A DNA stretch of 42,104 nt from Toensbergia leucococca (taxonomy: Eukaryota), in the NCBI GenBank assembly GCA_022813965.1, contig JALDZS010000075.1, forward strand, positions 62,001 through 104,104, read 5' to 3'. The notes beneath the pieces were generated by a model. It was not told the origin of the DNA. It saw nothing but the letters and a program-made list of their open reading frames with translations, and searched no databases. A program made the translations under genes and the position numbers. Positions within the stretch are counted from its first letter, which is position 1. Each line of letters starts with the position of its first letter. This document shows positions 22,576 to 33,545 of this stretch, one piece after another.

Positions 22576-22895
22576 TAAAGAATACCTAAATAAAACGTGT
22601 GGGCATAAGAATGTCGAATTGAACTACATACATTTTGAGATACCAGTACGAAGGAATTAAGGACGCTACCGAAGAGTTGATATCGTACAAGTCTATATTC
22701 AAGACAGAAGTATCGAGTCTGGGTTAACGTCCTTACAATATCACAACCTTTGTTGCAGCCCCTTCCTGCTAAGCTTTTGGAAATTGCTCCTTACAAAAGC
22801 CTCCAACATTTCAACGCCATTATGGTATCAAGCACCATAAGGGGTATCAAAAAAACAATATGCAACGCCCTTCATAATCCGCCATCGCTCTGTAT

Positions 22896-25800
22896 CTAGG
22901 ACCTGCCGCCAATTCCCATTCCTGGTCGCAATACTGGCATATTGAAAGCATGAAAGTCTCGAGGAACCTCCCACTGCAAGAATATCAGTCAACATTCCAG
23001 CGAACGGTAAAAATTCAACATACCCCATGCGCACGGCAAGCCCGAATGTATGCCTCGACAGCCTCGCCAACTCCATAATCTGAAACTAGGCCTTTCTCTA
23101 AACGCGCAGGCTGTGGCTCTGTCGAGGTAATAGCCACGCGAACCTGCATGAGCACTTTGTCAAGTGGTTGTACAGCGCTCCAACCAGAATTAGTCAAAAG
23201 CTCCATGCACAAAGCACCGCCTGCAGTGACGTGACCACCCCCACCCTGTAAGAAAGTTTTGAACCGGGGACGAATCACACGGACGAACGGAGGGCTCATA
23301 GGAAAGTCCTTTCCGAATCGAATTTCCATGACAACGCTTTTCAACCCTCTTTCTTTCATGTCTTTGGCAATTGGAAGATGAGCTTCGAAGGAGTGAAACT
23401 CGACGATCCACTGATACACGTTGCTGATGAGTTCTCCGTTGATGTACCAGCCTAATTCATGCGCTGGTGTCCGTTTTTGCTCCTTAAGAGTTTCTCTCAA
23501 TGCAGCGTGGAGTGATCTCGTAGCTCCGGGCGTTGCATACGACGGTTCATCCAATAAGGGTAACGTCTTGTGATCTAAACATCCAGGAATGAAATCTGTC
23601 TGAGCTACCTTCGTAAGCTGATTTGCGATGGAGCCTAGGGACCCGTTTTCTTCCTTCGCCTTTCCGGTCGACTTTGACTGTTGCATGGTAATTTCGCTGT
23701 CAGAGAAGAATATCTCCATATCCTCGATATCTGTGTCATCGCTCTGTATTGCGTCCTCCTCGATTTCTTCTTGACTTCCAATCTTGATTTTCTTCTTACC
23801 GTTCTTGACTGTCTTTGATGCAGGTCTACGAGACCTACTGACCACTGTAATAGGAATAATAAGCTTGCTTCGATTGATCCCCATGGCTACGTAATCCGGA
23901 TCTTGAGTAAAGACTTCTGTCGGTGCCCTTTCCGGGATTATTTGATCGCTGGTTCTGCATTTGACAAATAAGTAGCGCGATTGGATCCAGTCTAATTGCG
24001 CAACAACGAGATGCGGAGCTTTGCTTACGAACTCAGCTGGTGCATTTACAATCTCGTTCAACACTACTGTCTCAGATATGTTCAACAAGCTCTGTGTCCA
24101 TCCTCTCGGGAGGGAGCCTGTCTGATCTGAAAACGTTGTCTGGCGATATGCATTTGAATAGCTGATGCTCGTATTAACGTCCAAAGCATGGTAGACCCCG
24201 TGACCAAACGCTCTGCCATGAAGAGCTTTTTCAAAATGTAAGCCCTCTCTGACAATTCCATGCCAATTGTACACCGGGCTACCATGCCATGCAAAGATAG
24301 TCGGATAATTCAGGTGAAGACGGGCGGCTGTATCACGCACCGAAGTGATAAATCTCTGCTCCTTGTCTGGCGCTCCTTGAGCAAAGCGAAATTGCATCCA
24401 CTGCGGCATGCCGAAAACTCGCTCTTCCGACTTCTTGGTATTGTCTGCGAACTTATCAACTTGAATGATGCAGGATCTATTGGAAGCAATGATCCACCGA
24501 AGTATATCTCGTGCTGCAGGGGATATCCTATCTCGCCAGTCTCGAAGAGTTGACATTTTACCCTTTCCTTTCCGGAGGAAGTCTTGCATATCCTTTACGC
24601 TAGGGAGAGTCTGTAGTAGTGTTGCTATCGAGATTTGCTTCTCTTGATTGGAGAGCTCATCAAACTTTTGATCATAGATTATGAAATCCACTTCTGGGTA
24701 GGATGAACTTTCATCAGTCGTCGAAAGTGGAGGCGTAGCTGCCGGCGTAGGTCCCTGTAGTGGTTTCGTCTCAATGATAAAGTCTTGCACTTGATCCGTG
24801 AATTGAGGGCGTCGAATGGGCTCTCCCAATCGTATAGTTGGATGCAAAGCCTCAATAACTCTATAATGGTCTCTTGTTTGAGACGGCACTCGCGAAGCAC
24901 GATTGGTCATGTATATCCAGTCTCCAGAGCGTAAGACTTTTGACCCAGGAGGGAGGATAAGTTCCCTCCTCTCTTGGTCAAATTCTGCCTTGTATATTGT
25001 CGGAACGTTGGTTGTCATATCTTCATTTAGATGGCTGACATCATTGAGATCTCCATTGGGAAAGCGCACTGTTGATTGCGGTAGCTTGAAGACAGGTACT
25101 GGTCCACTCAAGATAGCAGGGCCCACTAGAAGGAGGGGTTTAGGTACCATGAGTCCCATACCGGTGGGAAGACTAGCAAGATTCAGGCAAGAGGCACTAG
25201 AGTAGCAGAAGCTGATGAGGAGGTCAACAACGTGAGGTTGGGAAAGAATTTCGTATTCGATACTCGGCCCAAACCCCAGTGCCATATATTGGTAGAGACA
25301 CAGTGGATTCGAACATACGTATGGCTTGAGAGCTTCAAAGTCGGTCTCTACTTGGCGATGACAGACCAAGCAGAATTCGGTACATCGGACAAGATGACGA
25401 AGAGCAAACTGCATAGCTATAAGAGGGAAAGATTGGGGCTTTGAAGATTCCGTAAGATGATCCGCTGTGACAATTTTTGGTAGAGTTGCTGCCAGCCTAG
25501 ACTGATCCTCGATATAGTACGTCTCGTGGATAACGCCATCATCCTCAATATTTTTGCCTGGATTATCGATGAAGTATTTCTCTGCACCATTCCAAGAGAG
25601 TCCACCTTTCAGCCTAAAACGAGACAAAACGGCGAGGCGTTCATTTAGTAATTCGTTGATAGGTCCACTTATGAAGATATCATGAAGATTTCCAAGACCT
25701 GTCCCCTCGACTTCGGAGCTAGTATTCGCTTGCTTTTGGCTATCCTTGCTGCTTACTTTGCTGAAAGCATCGATGGCTTCACAAAGTCCAATCTTGTATC

Positions 25801-26663
25801 TCTGACTTGACCCCAGTCGCATCTGGACAGAGCGTGCAGCCTGAGGAGAATGCTTTTCCGTGAGGTGCTCTAGTGTGGTATAACCATTGGTGTAATGTAG
25901 GAGCAGGACAATATATTGGTCAGGAGCCAGGTGCCACGCTTGTAAGGCTTCATCCGAAATACACAGCTTTTTTACCCGGCAAGAAATACTGACATAAGAA
26001 TCTTGGCCATAATTCAGCAAAGATCCGAGATGACTAATGCGGAATCCTGCAGCCTTGGCTGCACGGAGATCACTACGAATTCTCGTATTAAGAGCCGAGA
26101 TGGCCGAGCGATCTCCAGAGGGTGTACGAGTATCACAGTCCCCAGTAAGTAAGTGGCGCTTTGGAGACGGAGTAGACCAGTCTTCATCTGAGACATCAAA
26201 CCCCATATCTTCCTCCTCTTCTTCGGATTCCTCAGATCCAGCAATAGCCTTGTCGAGAACTTTGACTACCTTTGTCAGCATGTGAGAGAGCTTCGCACCG
26301 TTGAAGATACTGGAATCTGCCAAAGCTGCACTAATAGGCGGCGGGATATCCCCTGAATTGGTGTAAAGCATGTATTGATGTGACGTAGGATAATCGCCAA
26401 CGTCTAAGCTTGAGTTATCAGTAAATCTCGATAATTGGCATATAAATTCAAGAATAGACCATGTGTTAGGAACGCTATGTGGGAGAACTCTTCGTACCTG
26501 TTACAGATGCGTGCACAGTGATCGTTGGTGATGTACCCCCGGGAATTTCGTACTTGAAGCTTAATGAGCCATCTTCTGGTCCAGCTTGTACATTGGATAT
26601 ATTGCCATCTCCCACAGATTGGATGACCTCCTGCAAGTCCGAGATGAAGGCCTTGCGAGGCAT
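22896..26663 (-). CDS. Fungal PARP6/8-like ADP-ribosyltransferase fused to a C-terminal UBE2Q-like ubiquitin-conjugating (E2) domain, 3 exons
   Basis: Start MPRKAFISDL at 26663; introns 26497-26404 and 23023-22974; Cys motif CTEFCLVCH..LKPYVCSNPLCLYQY; ART motifs FAWHGS, GRAFGHGVYHA, PHLVVAQLDWIQSRYLFV; E2 motifs NVYQWIVE, FPMSPPFVRVIRPRF, GGHVTAGGALCMELLTNSGWS (active-site Cys). Confidence 0.92.
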
Positions 26664-27237
26664 GGCGAATGAGACAAAGCTGGCAAAAGTACTGCTTGAT
26701 AGCAGCGTTGATAGTGTTGTAGTTAGTAGCTCACGAAGGGATGGTGTGTGAAAGAGAAAAGACTGTGGATTGACGACAAAGTTTCTTTGGCGCCACTTAA
26801 TGTATTCAACTTGGTTAACACCCGAAATCAAGGCAGGTAATGAAGAAAGTGGTGTGTCTGCCACATTATTGTCAGGAGCATCAATTCTAGTCCAGAAGCA
26901 GACGGAATCTGCTCCGAGAGTCTCTCATGAAGTGGTTGTGTGCACCACAAATTATTTGTGCGGGTGACACCGTGACAGGCACAAGCTACCTACGTCTAAA
27001 GAAAGTCTTCTCAGGCAACCAGATAGCCTCACTCGCCTCATAGCTCTGCCTTGGAAAACGCTCGCGCGCTTAGATAAAGACACCGGCTACTTATCTTAGC
27101 TCTCCCGCTGCTGCCGCAACTGAGCCACAGACAGCCCTATGATGGCTAGGATGGCACATGGACAACTTCACAAAATCAAAACCACCAAATACAATGCAAA
27201 GACACAACGAGTACTTCCTAAGCCCACCACCATCGAA

Positions 27238-28188
27238 ATGACACAACCAAACTCCATTCCCAAGTCCGAGCATTTAACCGACCCTCTTCTTCGACCCTTC
27301 ATTTCAACCACCTTCTCCCCAACAACCTACCTTAACACTACTCTACCCCCCCTACCCGTTTCCCAACCCAGCAGACCCTCAACCCCGAAACAAGCCCCCA
27401 CCCTCTCTCTCAGCGACATAACCTCCCAAACCCAATCCCAAATAACCAACCTGAACGCCCACCTCTCCCGCCTCTCCACAACCCTAACCGACCTAACAAC
27501 CTCCATCCTACGCACCAGCACCCGCCTAACCTATGAAGTCGAGCTCCTCCGCGGCGAAACCCTCGACCTCTCCGAAACCATGACCACTACGTTGCACGAT
27601 CCCATTTCGAAATTCATCCCCAACGGTCTAAGCATTCCGCCTCTGGAGAACCAATCACCCATCGACACGACGACCCAAAACCCAGAGGCAATCTCCCACC
27701 TACGCACCCTCCTCCTTGTCCGCTCCCGCCTCGCCTCCGTCCTCCGTACCTTCGACCTCGCCCTTTCCTTCCCTCTTCCTCCCACGCTCACAAATTCTCT
27801 TATCAGCGTCTCCGCACCGCCCACCACCACCTCCCAAGCCCCCACCTCACAAACCCTCCGTGACTCCATCGCTGCCCTGCTATCGGACCCCACTGATCCC
27901 CAAGCTAGCCTCGAAAAAGCCGCTGAAAGGGTCAGTGAACTGAGAGAGGTGGTGGGGGTGTGGAAAGGGACGCTTGAAGAGAAGCCGCGGACGAGATTTG
28001 TCGAGGGCTTGGAGGGAATGGTAGAGGAAAGGAGCAAAGAATTGGGACTAGCAGCCCACAAGCCTAATGACAATACCGGGAGGGATAAAGGCGATGATAC
28101 CAGGCGAGGAAGCAGTGAAGTCGTGGAAAGGGGACCCGGATTTTTGAGGAACCTGCAAAGATTAAGGGAGGAAATCTACTTGGACTGA
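27238..28188 (+). CDS. Coiled-coil tethering-type protein, probable COG complex subunit 7-like
   Basis: DPLLRPFISTTFSPTTYLNTTL...LSRLSTTLTDLTTSILRTSTRLTYEVELLRGE resembles the F-D/S-P-x-x-Y/W-L-N start and coiled coil of COG/exocyst-type subunits; the start could be 27139 or 27238. Confidence 0.55.
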   Translation: MTQPNSIPKSEHLTDPLLRPFISTTFSPTTYLNTTLPPLPVSQPSRPSTPKQAPTLSLSDITSQTQSQITNLNAHLSRLSTTLTDLTTSILRTSTRLTYEVELLRGETLDLSETMTTTLHDPISKFIPNGLSIPPLENQSPIDTTTQNPEAISHLRTLLLVRSRLASVLRTFDLALSFPLPPTLTNSLISVSAPPTTTSQAPTSQTLRDSIAALLSDPTDPQASLEKAAERVSELREVVGVWKGTLEEKPRTRFVEGLEGMVEERSKELGLAAHKPNDNTGRDKGDDTRRGSSEVVERGPGFLRNLQRLREEIYLD

Positions 28189-28365
28189 AGATTGTTTTGG
28201 AACGGCAACAAATTTTATCGCTAGCTCAGGGGAAATACCACTATTCATCAGGCCCTTTCCCACTTGGAGAGCCTGGCAGAACCAGGAGGGATCCAAAGAC
28301 GGACGTATCAATTAAATCACCACAGGAGACCGTCGTGGTTAGCCTCCTAATACAACAGGATCTCG

Positions 28366-31300
28366 CTATTCTTTCACCTTGACCTCACCCCTTATCCACC
28401 TTCCAAGTTCCTCTTCCCCCCTATGCACCCTCCCCAGCCACAAACTGAAAACCCTCTTCATAACCTCCTCCTCGCCAATCAATTTCCCGCCGCCCTTCTG
28501 CTCAACACCTCTCTCGGCAAGCACCTCCATGAACCGATCCACAACACCCAAATCCCACATTTCCACGAGCTTCATCCATCCCCAGCAATTAACCCTCTTT
28601 CCCAGCATCCATGCAGAGGCGCTACCAGGACGGAAAGGGTAGAGCGTAGGATCGAGCTTGGCGGCGATGTAAAGTGGTTTGAGGGCACGGTAATGGGGTA
28701 CTGTCCAAGGCTCGTAAAGGGAGAGAGGCTCAGAAGAGGCAAGAGTTGCTTTTTTTGAGATTGGAGGAGGGGAGATGGAAATCTGGGCTGGGGCTGGGAC
28801 TGAGGTAGATAGCCAAGTCGGCGCGAAACTCGTAAGACGGGAGAGCCAGGAAGTTGAAGCTGGTTGTGCAGTGAATGGCATAAGAGGCTGTGAGGTGTGA
28901 GCTACCTTCTGAGGTGGCAATACCGTAGTCTCATCGCCTGCCACGCGGACGTTGTTTTCTTCGTCCAAGCATTTGTCCATCTTTTCGGGAGGTTCGCTTC
29001 GTGTGAGTTGGTCTTGTCCCACGGATAGCTTCACTTGTTTCTCTGAATGCTGGAGGACGATCTTCTTCTGTGTGCAAGTCTGCACTACCGTTTCCTTATC
29101 AGACGCACCCGACAAGATTCCCGACTCGCTACAGCTACTTCTGCCAGTATCTGAAGAACTCCGAGATCCAGATATTGTGGAGGATTTCAGTCGCTGCTTC
29201 TCGCTTGATACATTCTCACGCACTTCAATCATACGCCCGAGATGCTTATCTGGCTGCCAGAACAAGTCAGAATCATTCGGAGGCGCTTCATCGCTGTATA
29301 CGACTTGGCTATCTCTTCGCCATGAAGTCGGCAGCTTGCTCCTTCTTGGCTTGGTCGCCTCATCTTGTAAATCAGTGGCGGCTGCCTTCGGTATTGCTTC
29401 TTGGATAGGGTCCAGGGAGTGGGCCTCTGCCAGCCAAATATCTTCGTCATCCTCTTCTTCCAGTGGATCTCCGTCATCGCTGTCACTATCAATGACGATA
29501 ACTTGGCTTGCATTGGCCATCTGTATCTGCCTACTGACAGCTTCTCTTTCACGCTGCCACTCCGCTTCTCTTTCCGCCATTGACTGATCACGGAGATGGT
29601 AATCATTCTGATGAGATCCAGCACTCTGGACTTCATGTGCATCGGGCATTTTCGGCCTGATAGGAGTGTCTACTTTCCAGCTCATACGATCCTCATCGAC
29701 GTCCACCTCGCTCCTCTCAGGACTGGGTAGCTGGTTGTTTGCAAGTGTCGGATATGTTATCTCTTGGCCAGGTTCAGGCAATTTAAGACTATACGTTTCT
29801 CCGCCACTTGGGCTTGGTAGCTTCGGGTAATCGGCCGCCGTTTGCTGCTGGAAAACATCATCCTTATTCCCACTACTACACGAGATTTTATCTGCGATAA
29901 CTTGCTGTCTCTTTGCTAGCTGTTCACCAAGCCTCAGACCTGCTCTCAATTCTCTTCTCGTGCCTGCACCAAAACCATTGAACAGGTTATCCAATCGCTC
30001 CTTAGGTAATTTAGTAGACGATGTCGAAGAGGTCACATGCCTAGCTCTTGTAGTAGATCGAGAGTCTCTGCTGCTTCGTTCAGGGCTCAGTACACCTTGA
30101 AGCGCAATGCCTGCGCGGACAACACGAGCAAGCTTCGGCGTGCCAGCCGTAGCTTTATCTAAAGAGCGCGGGGAATTCCGAGGTGGGGCAGGCTGCAATG
30201 GAAGTGGAATCGTGGGTGAGGTCAGTGCGATCGAAGGAGTTTGGTCCTGAGAAGCCAGTCCTGAGGAAGCCTTTAGTGCGGAATTTGGAGGCAACGATGG
30301 AAGTTCGCCCGTGTGATAACGAAAGCCAGGCGCACCATCGCTTACTACAGAATCTCCAGAGTTATTTGAACCTTTCGCACTTGAGACCTTTACTTGTAAT
30401 AATTGTAGCTTTTTGCGTGCGTCGCTCGGCGTTTCTCCTCTATTTTTGTGCTGGAAGTTTGCAGGACTCCTCATATCTTGTTGGGTAGATGGCAAGGACG
30501 AGACGGTTACCATGCTGAAGCCTTCGCTCTCGAGTATGGAATCAAATTCTTGATGCTCATCCGTCGGATCTAGAAAAGAATGATCTGCGCTTTCTGGACT
30601 TCCACGTCCAATGTCTCCATCGATCTGACTCCCACCGTCTTCGTGGTGATGGGTACCACAGATCTGTCTCTCGCGACTTTCCAACGTTTTCTCCGAGGGT
30701 GACTGCGCAGACTCCAGTGTCTGTTCCTCGGCATTTAGCTTAGTCGTCTTAATTCCAGGTGTAGAAGATTCACAGACACCAGAGAGAGCTTTCAGGCGAA
30801 ACTCATGGCCTATGACAGAAATGCCTTTGTCCCCATTCTTCAGTGTGGAAATTTCATGTACTTGAGGGCTACGTGGCCGGTCCAAAATAGGATTTTCTTC
30901 AGTTGCGTCCTTCTCTAGACGAAGACTAGTAGAGGACTTTGAAATATTGACCTCCGAGTCCTTTCCACGCTCTAAAGGTGTGATTGCCTTTCGTCTCCCT
31001 CGGCTCTTGCGAATGGATTTGGATGAATCGGCCATCCTGTTATCTGATGCAACAAGCGCTGGTGGTTGTAGCTCTAGGTTTGGGTTTCCAGGGTGCGACT
31101 TAGTATTGTCAATTGGAATTTCGAGACTCTTTCGTGGTCTTCCAGTCTTTTTCTTAGATGATGTGACCAATCCTATACCGTCTTCAAAGACTGATTTATC
31201 CGCAGCATCAGACACTAACCTACGCCTCCTGTCGGTAGGCTTAGGTGTTCCATTTCTTTTCGCTGGAGTATCCAAAGATTTCCTAGGTCTTCTTTTGCCT

Positions 31301-31707
31301 CTCTTAGTAGAAGAAGATGATGAATCGTCAGCACTCCTCAGAGGCACTGTAGTCGTAGTGGTACGCTCCGCGAGACGTCTACTCGGGGATCTGAATTCTG
31401 CAGCGGACTCATTTCGCTGTTCCTCCTTTTCTGCTTCCACGATCACACGGATACGCCATGGGCTAATCAAATTCTCCGTTTGTGCTATTGATCGAGTAGG
31501 CGAAGACGCAACTCTGTACGGAACGGGTGGGGTCGTAACGTAAAAGTCTTGAAGCCGTAGATTGCTAGTTGTGTCCTTCAAAGGCGTTCTTGGTATCGAC
31601 CCTGTGCGAAAGGCCTTGGTGGGTGACGTAGAAATGATTACGCTTGGGGATAAGGCCAATGGATCGGGCGATGAGCTCAGCATATCATTGAGTCGAACCA
31701 TGACCAA
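28366..31707 (-). CDS. Large, mostly disordered AT-hook-containing protein (1113 aa, intronless)
   Basis: AT-hook-like KRRPRKS, TGRPRKS and SRGRRK; conserved-looking blocks ENLISPWRIRVIVEAE, LDSILESEGFSMV-like, FNGFGAGTRRELRAGLRLGEQLAKR, WQREREAVSRQIQMANASQVIVIDSD. Confidence 0.75.
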   Translation of the reverse strand: MVMVRLNDMLSSSPDPLALSPSVIISTSPTKAFRTGSIPRTPLKDTTSNLRLQDFYVTTPPVPYRVASSPTRSIAQTENLISPWRIRVIVEAEKEEQRNESAAEFRSPSRRLAERTTTTTVPLRSADDSSSSSTKRGKRRPRKSLDTPAKRNGTPKPTDRRRRLVSDAADKSVFEDGIGLVTSSKKKTGRPRKSLEIPIDNTKSHPGNPNLELQPPALVASDNRMADSSKSIRKSRGRRKAITPLERGKDSEVNISKSSTSLRLEKDATEENPILDRPRSPQVHEISTLKNGDKGISVIGHEFRLKALSGVCESSTPGIKTTKLNAEEQTLESAQSPSEKTLESRERQICGTHHHEDGGSQIDGDIGRGSPESADHSFLDPTDEHQEFDSILESEGFSMVTVSSLPSTQQDMRSPANFQHKNRGETPSDARKKLQLLQVKVSSAKGSNNSGDSVVSDGAPGFRYHTGELPSLPPNSALKASSGLASQDQTPSIALTSPTIPLPLQPAPPRNSPRSLDKATAGTPKLARVVRAGIALQGVLSPERSSRDSRSTTRARHVTSSTSSTKLPKERLDNLFNGFGAGTRRELRAGLRLGEQLAKRQQVIADKISCSSGNKDDVFQQQTAADYPKLPSPSGGETYSLKLPEPGQEITYPTLANNQLPSPERSEVDVDEDRMSWKVDTPIRPKMPDAHEVQSAGSHQNDYHLRDQSMAEREAEWQREREAVSRQIQMANASQVIVIDSDSDDGDPLEEEDDEDIWLAEAHSLDPIQEAIPKAAATDLQDEATKPRRSKLPTSWRRDSQVVYSDEAPPNDSDLFWQPDKHLGRMIEVRENVSSEKQRLKSSTISGSRSSSDTGRSSCSESGILSGASDKETVVQTCTQKKIVLQHSEKQVKLSVGQDQLTRSEPPEKMDKCLDEENNVRVAGDETTVLPPQKVAHTSQPLMPFTAQPASTSWLSRLTSFAPTWLSTSVPAPAQISISPPPISKKATLASSEPLSLYEPWTVPHYRALKPLYIAAKLDPTLYPFRPGSASAWMLGKRVNCWGWMKLVEMWDLGVVDRFMEVLAERGVEQKGGGKLIGEEEVMKRVFSLWLGRVHRGEEELGRWIRGEVKVKE

Positions 31708-31894
31708 GAAATCGCGAGGTTACATATGTCTTGTGCAGGTATTCTACCTCATTTTGGAAATACTTTCGTCGGACGTTAATGTTGATGTTGATGTTGTGAG
31801 GCGAAGCGAGTAAACAAAAGAAACTTTAATCAGAACTATGTAGGCGACTCGATTGGTGTTTCCAATCAGATTATTCTAGCGTGCCAAGAGGATA

Positions 31895-32843
31895 GACTTC
31901 CCGGCCGCACGAGTAGAATACCTCCAGCGAGACAGGGTACATTTACAGAGTCATTTTGGGCCCAGAAAACATGGGGGCACACAGAATGACAACCTTTCTA
32001 GTCAACGATCTTGGATGAAAACAAGACGTCGTACGGCATGACTTACCATGTTCCCACAACTCGGCGACGATCAATTTCTCTTTGCTCGATCAAGGAAATG
32101 AAGGCTTCCCTAGGAACATGATCAATTATGCCACCCACATTGTCTTAGCAGGTCCACAATGGATATGTCGGCTGATTTCTATGCCTCTTGGGGAGCGAGG
32201 GAGCCTATGCTCGCATACCATGTCTATTGGAATTTCGAAGCATTCACTGATCCCCTCTAATCCCATGCCCCTCAGCGATACACTCTCTACGCCATGTTCT
32301 GCGCGGTATATAAGAATTGACAACTTTGAAGTTCCCATTGGTATCAACAGCATTGTGGATGACACCTTCCTGGACTTTACCTCCCCCAAACAAATTGGAG
32401 GCGACATTCTCTCGGCTGTCAATAATTGCGGTATTAGCCGCGTAGAATATTGCAGTGCCTTCATCCTTGATAGTCCGCGGCCAAAGCCACCGATCTAAGT
32501 GACCTGACCATGTCCTCAAGCTTGACGAACACCCAGCTCAATATCAGAACAATCAGCGGAGTTTGCAGATCTACAGCTGCAACGGCATGAATGTCACCAT
32601 CCCTGTGAAGAAAATTCGGCGACATAGCAACAGCACAATGTACATACCGAAACATAGGGGCGTCGTGTTTGAGACGCAGTAGGTCAGATTCCATTCAACC
32701 TTTTGAGATCACCGACAGCGGTTTTCAGTCAATTGACGGCTTACTTTGTCCAAGAGGGGCCAGGACAACATCAAATCTGTACAGTGAACTCAGAGCCGGC
32801 GCTTGTTGTTGCGCAACATGAGTACAGCATTATTCCGTTGTAA
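31895..32843 (+). pseudogene. Aldose 1-epimerase (galactose mutarotase-like) pseudogene
   Basis: Collinear family motifs in several frames with stops and frameshifts: PGRTSRI, TINFSLLDQGNEGFP, LDFTSPKQIG..NNCG...AFILDSP, LQIYSCNGMNVTIPVKK, GVVFETQ*, SIDG..HQI. No intact 5' end seen. Confidence 0.75.
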
Positions 32844-33545
32844 AAACCATTGAAGAAATCCCAGAGACGAGTGCAAATTGCTTCGCAAGGGCCGATTGAG
32901 AATTTAATGAAACGCACATTGATTATGTAGAGGCAGCTCGTAGGAGAGCCAGAATTAGTAGCACATGAGACCCAATAAGGTACATGCATCAAAGCGGTGA
33001 TGCAGAGTAATATGGTGTTTGTTCAAGAGGACGCGTGGTATCCGTACCCGGTAGAAGATTGCCACAGGATCTAGAATTCAAGTTTAGGCTAAAATCTGGT
33101 ATTCGGGCAATCGGGGTTTGAATGTCTGGTGTGCAGGGATAATCTAACAGATAGAAGCTTTTCGAGAACCAATCAAACCCATCACGCCTCTTTGTCTTAT
33201 CATCGGCCACCTTTCCCTAAATCTAAAGGAAAACAAAGAACTTTCGATTCTTCACCTTCACTTCCATTCGAGCCATTGTGCTCTCATGCTCCGTACGAGA
33301 CGTTTTTAATCACAGTCGCGTGCGACTCTTCCTTCGTTTGTTCCATTTACCTCTTTATCGAAGTGCAGTACGGATAGTCGTTGCTCCTTCTTCTCGGGCA
33401 GTCACCGAAACCAAACGTCTGCCAACCCAATTCAATCGCTGCCTCTCAACTTCCACTCCATATTCCGTGGTTCAATTTGAACACCTCAAGTCACTACTCC
33501 TGCCTCTCCTATAACAACCTACAGACTTTCGCTTCTCTGGACATT

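Noticed and set aside
28952..31813. + strand ORFs of 83-211 aa inside the AT-hook gene
   Set aside because: Antisense shadows of a long coding frame.
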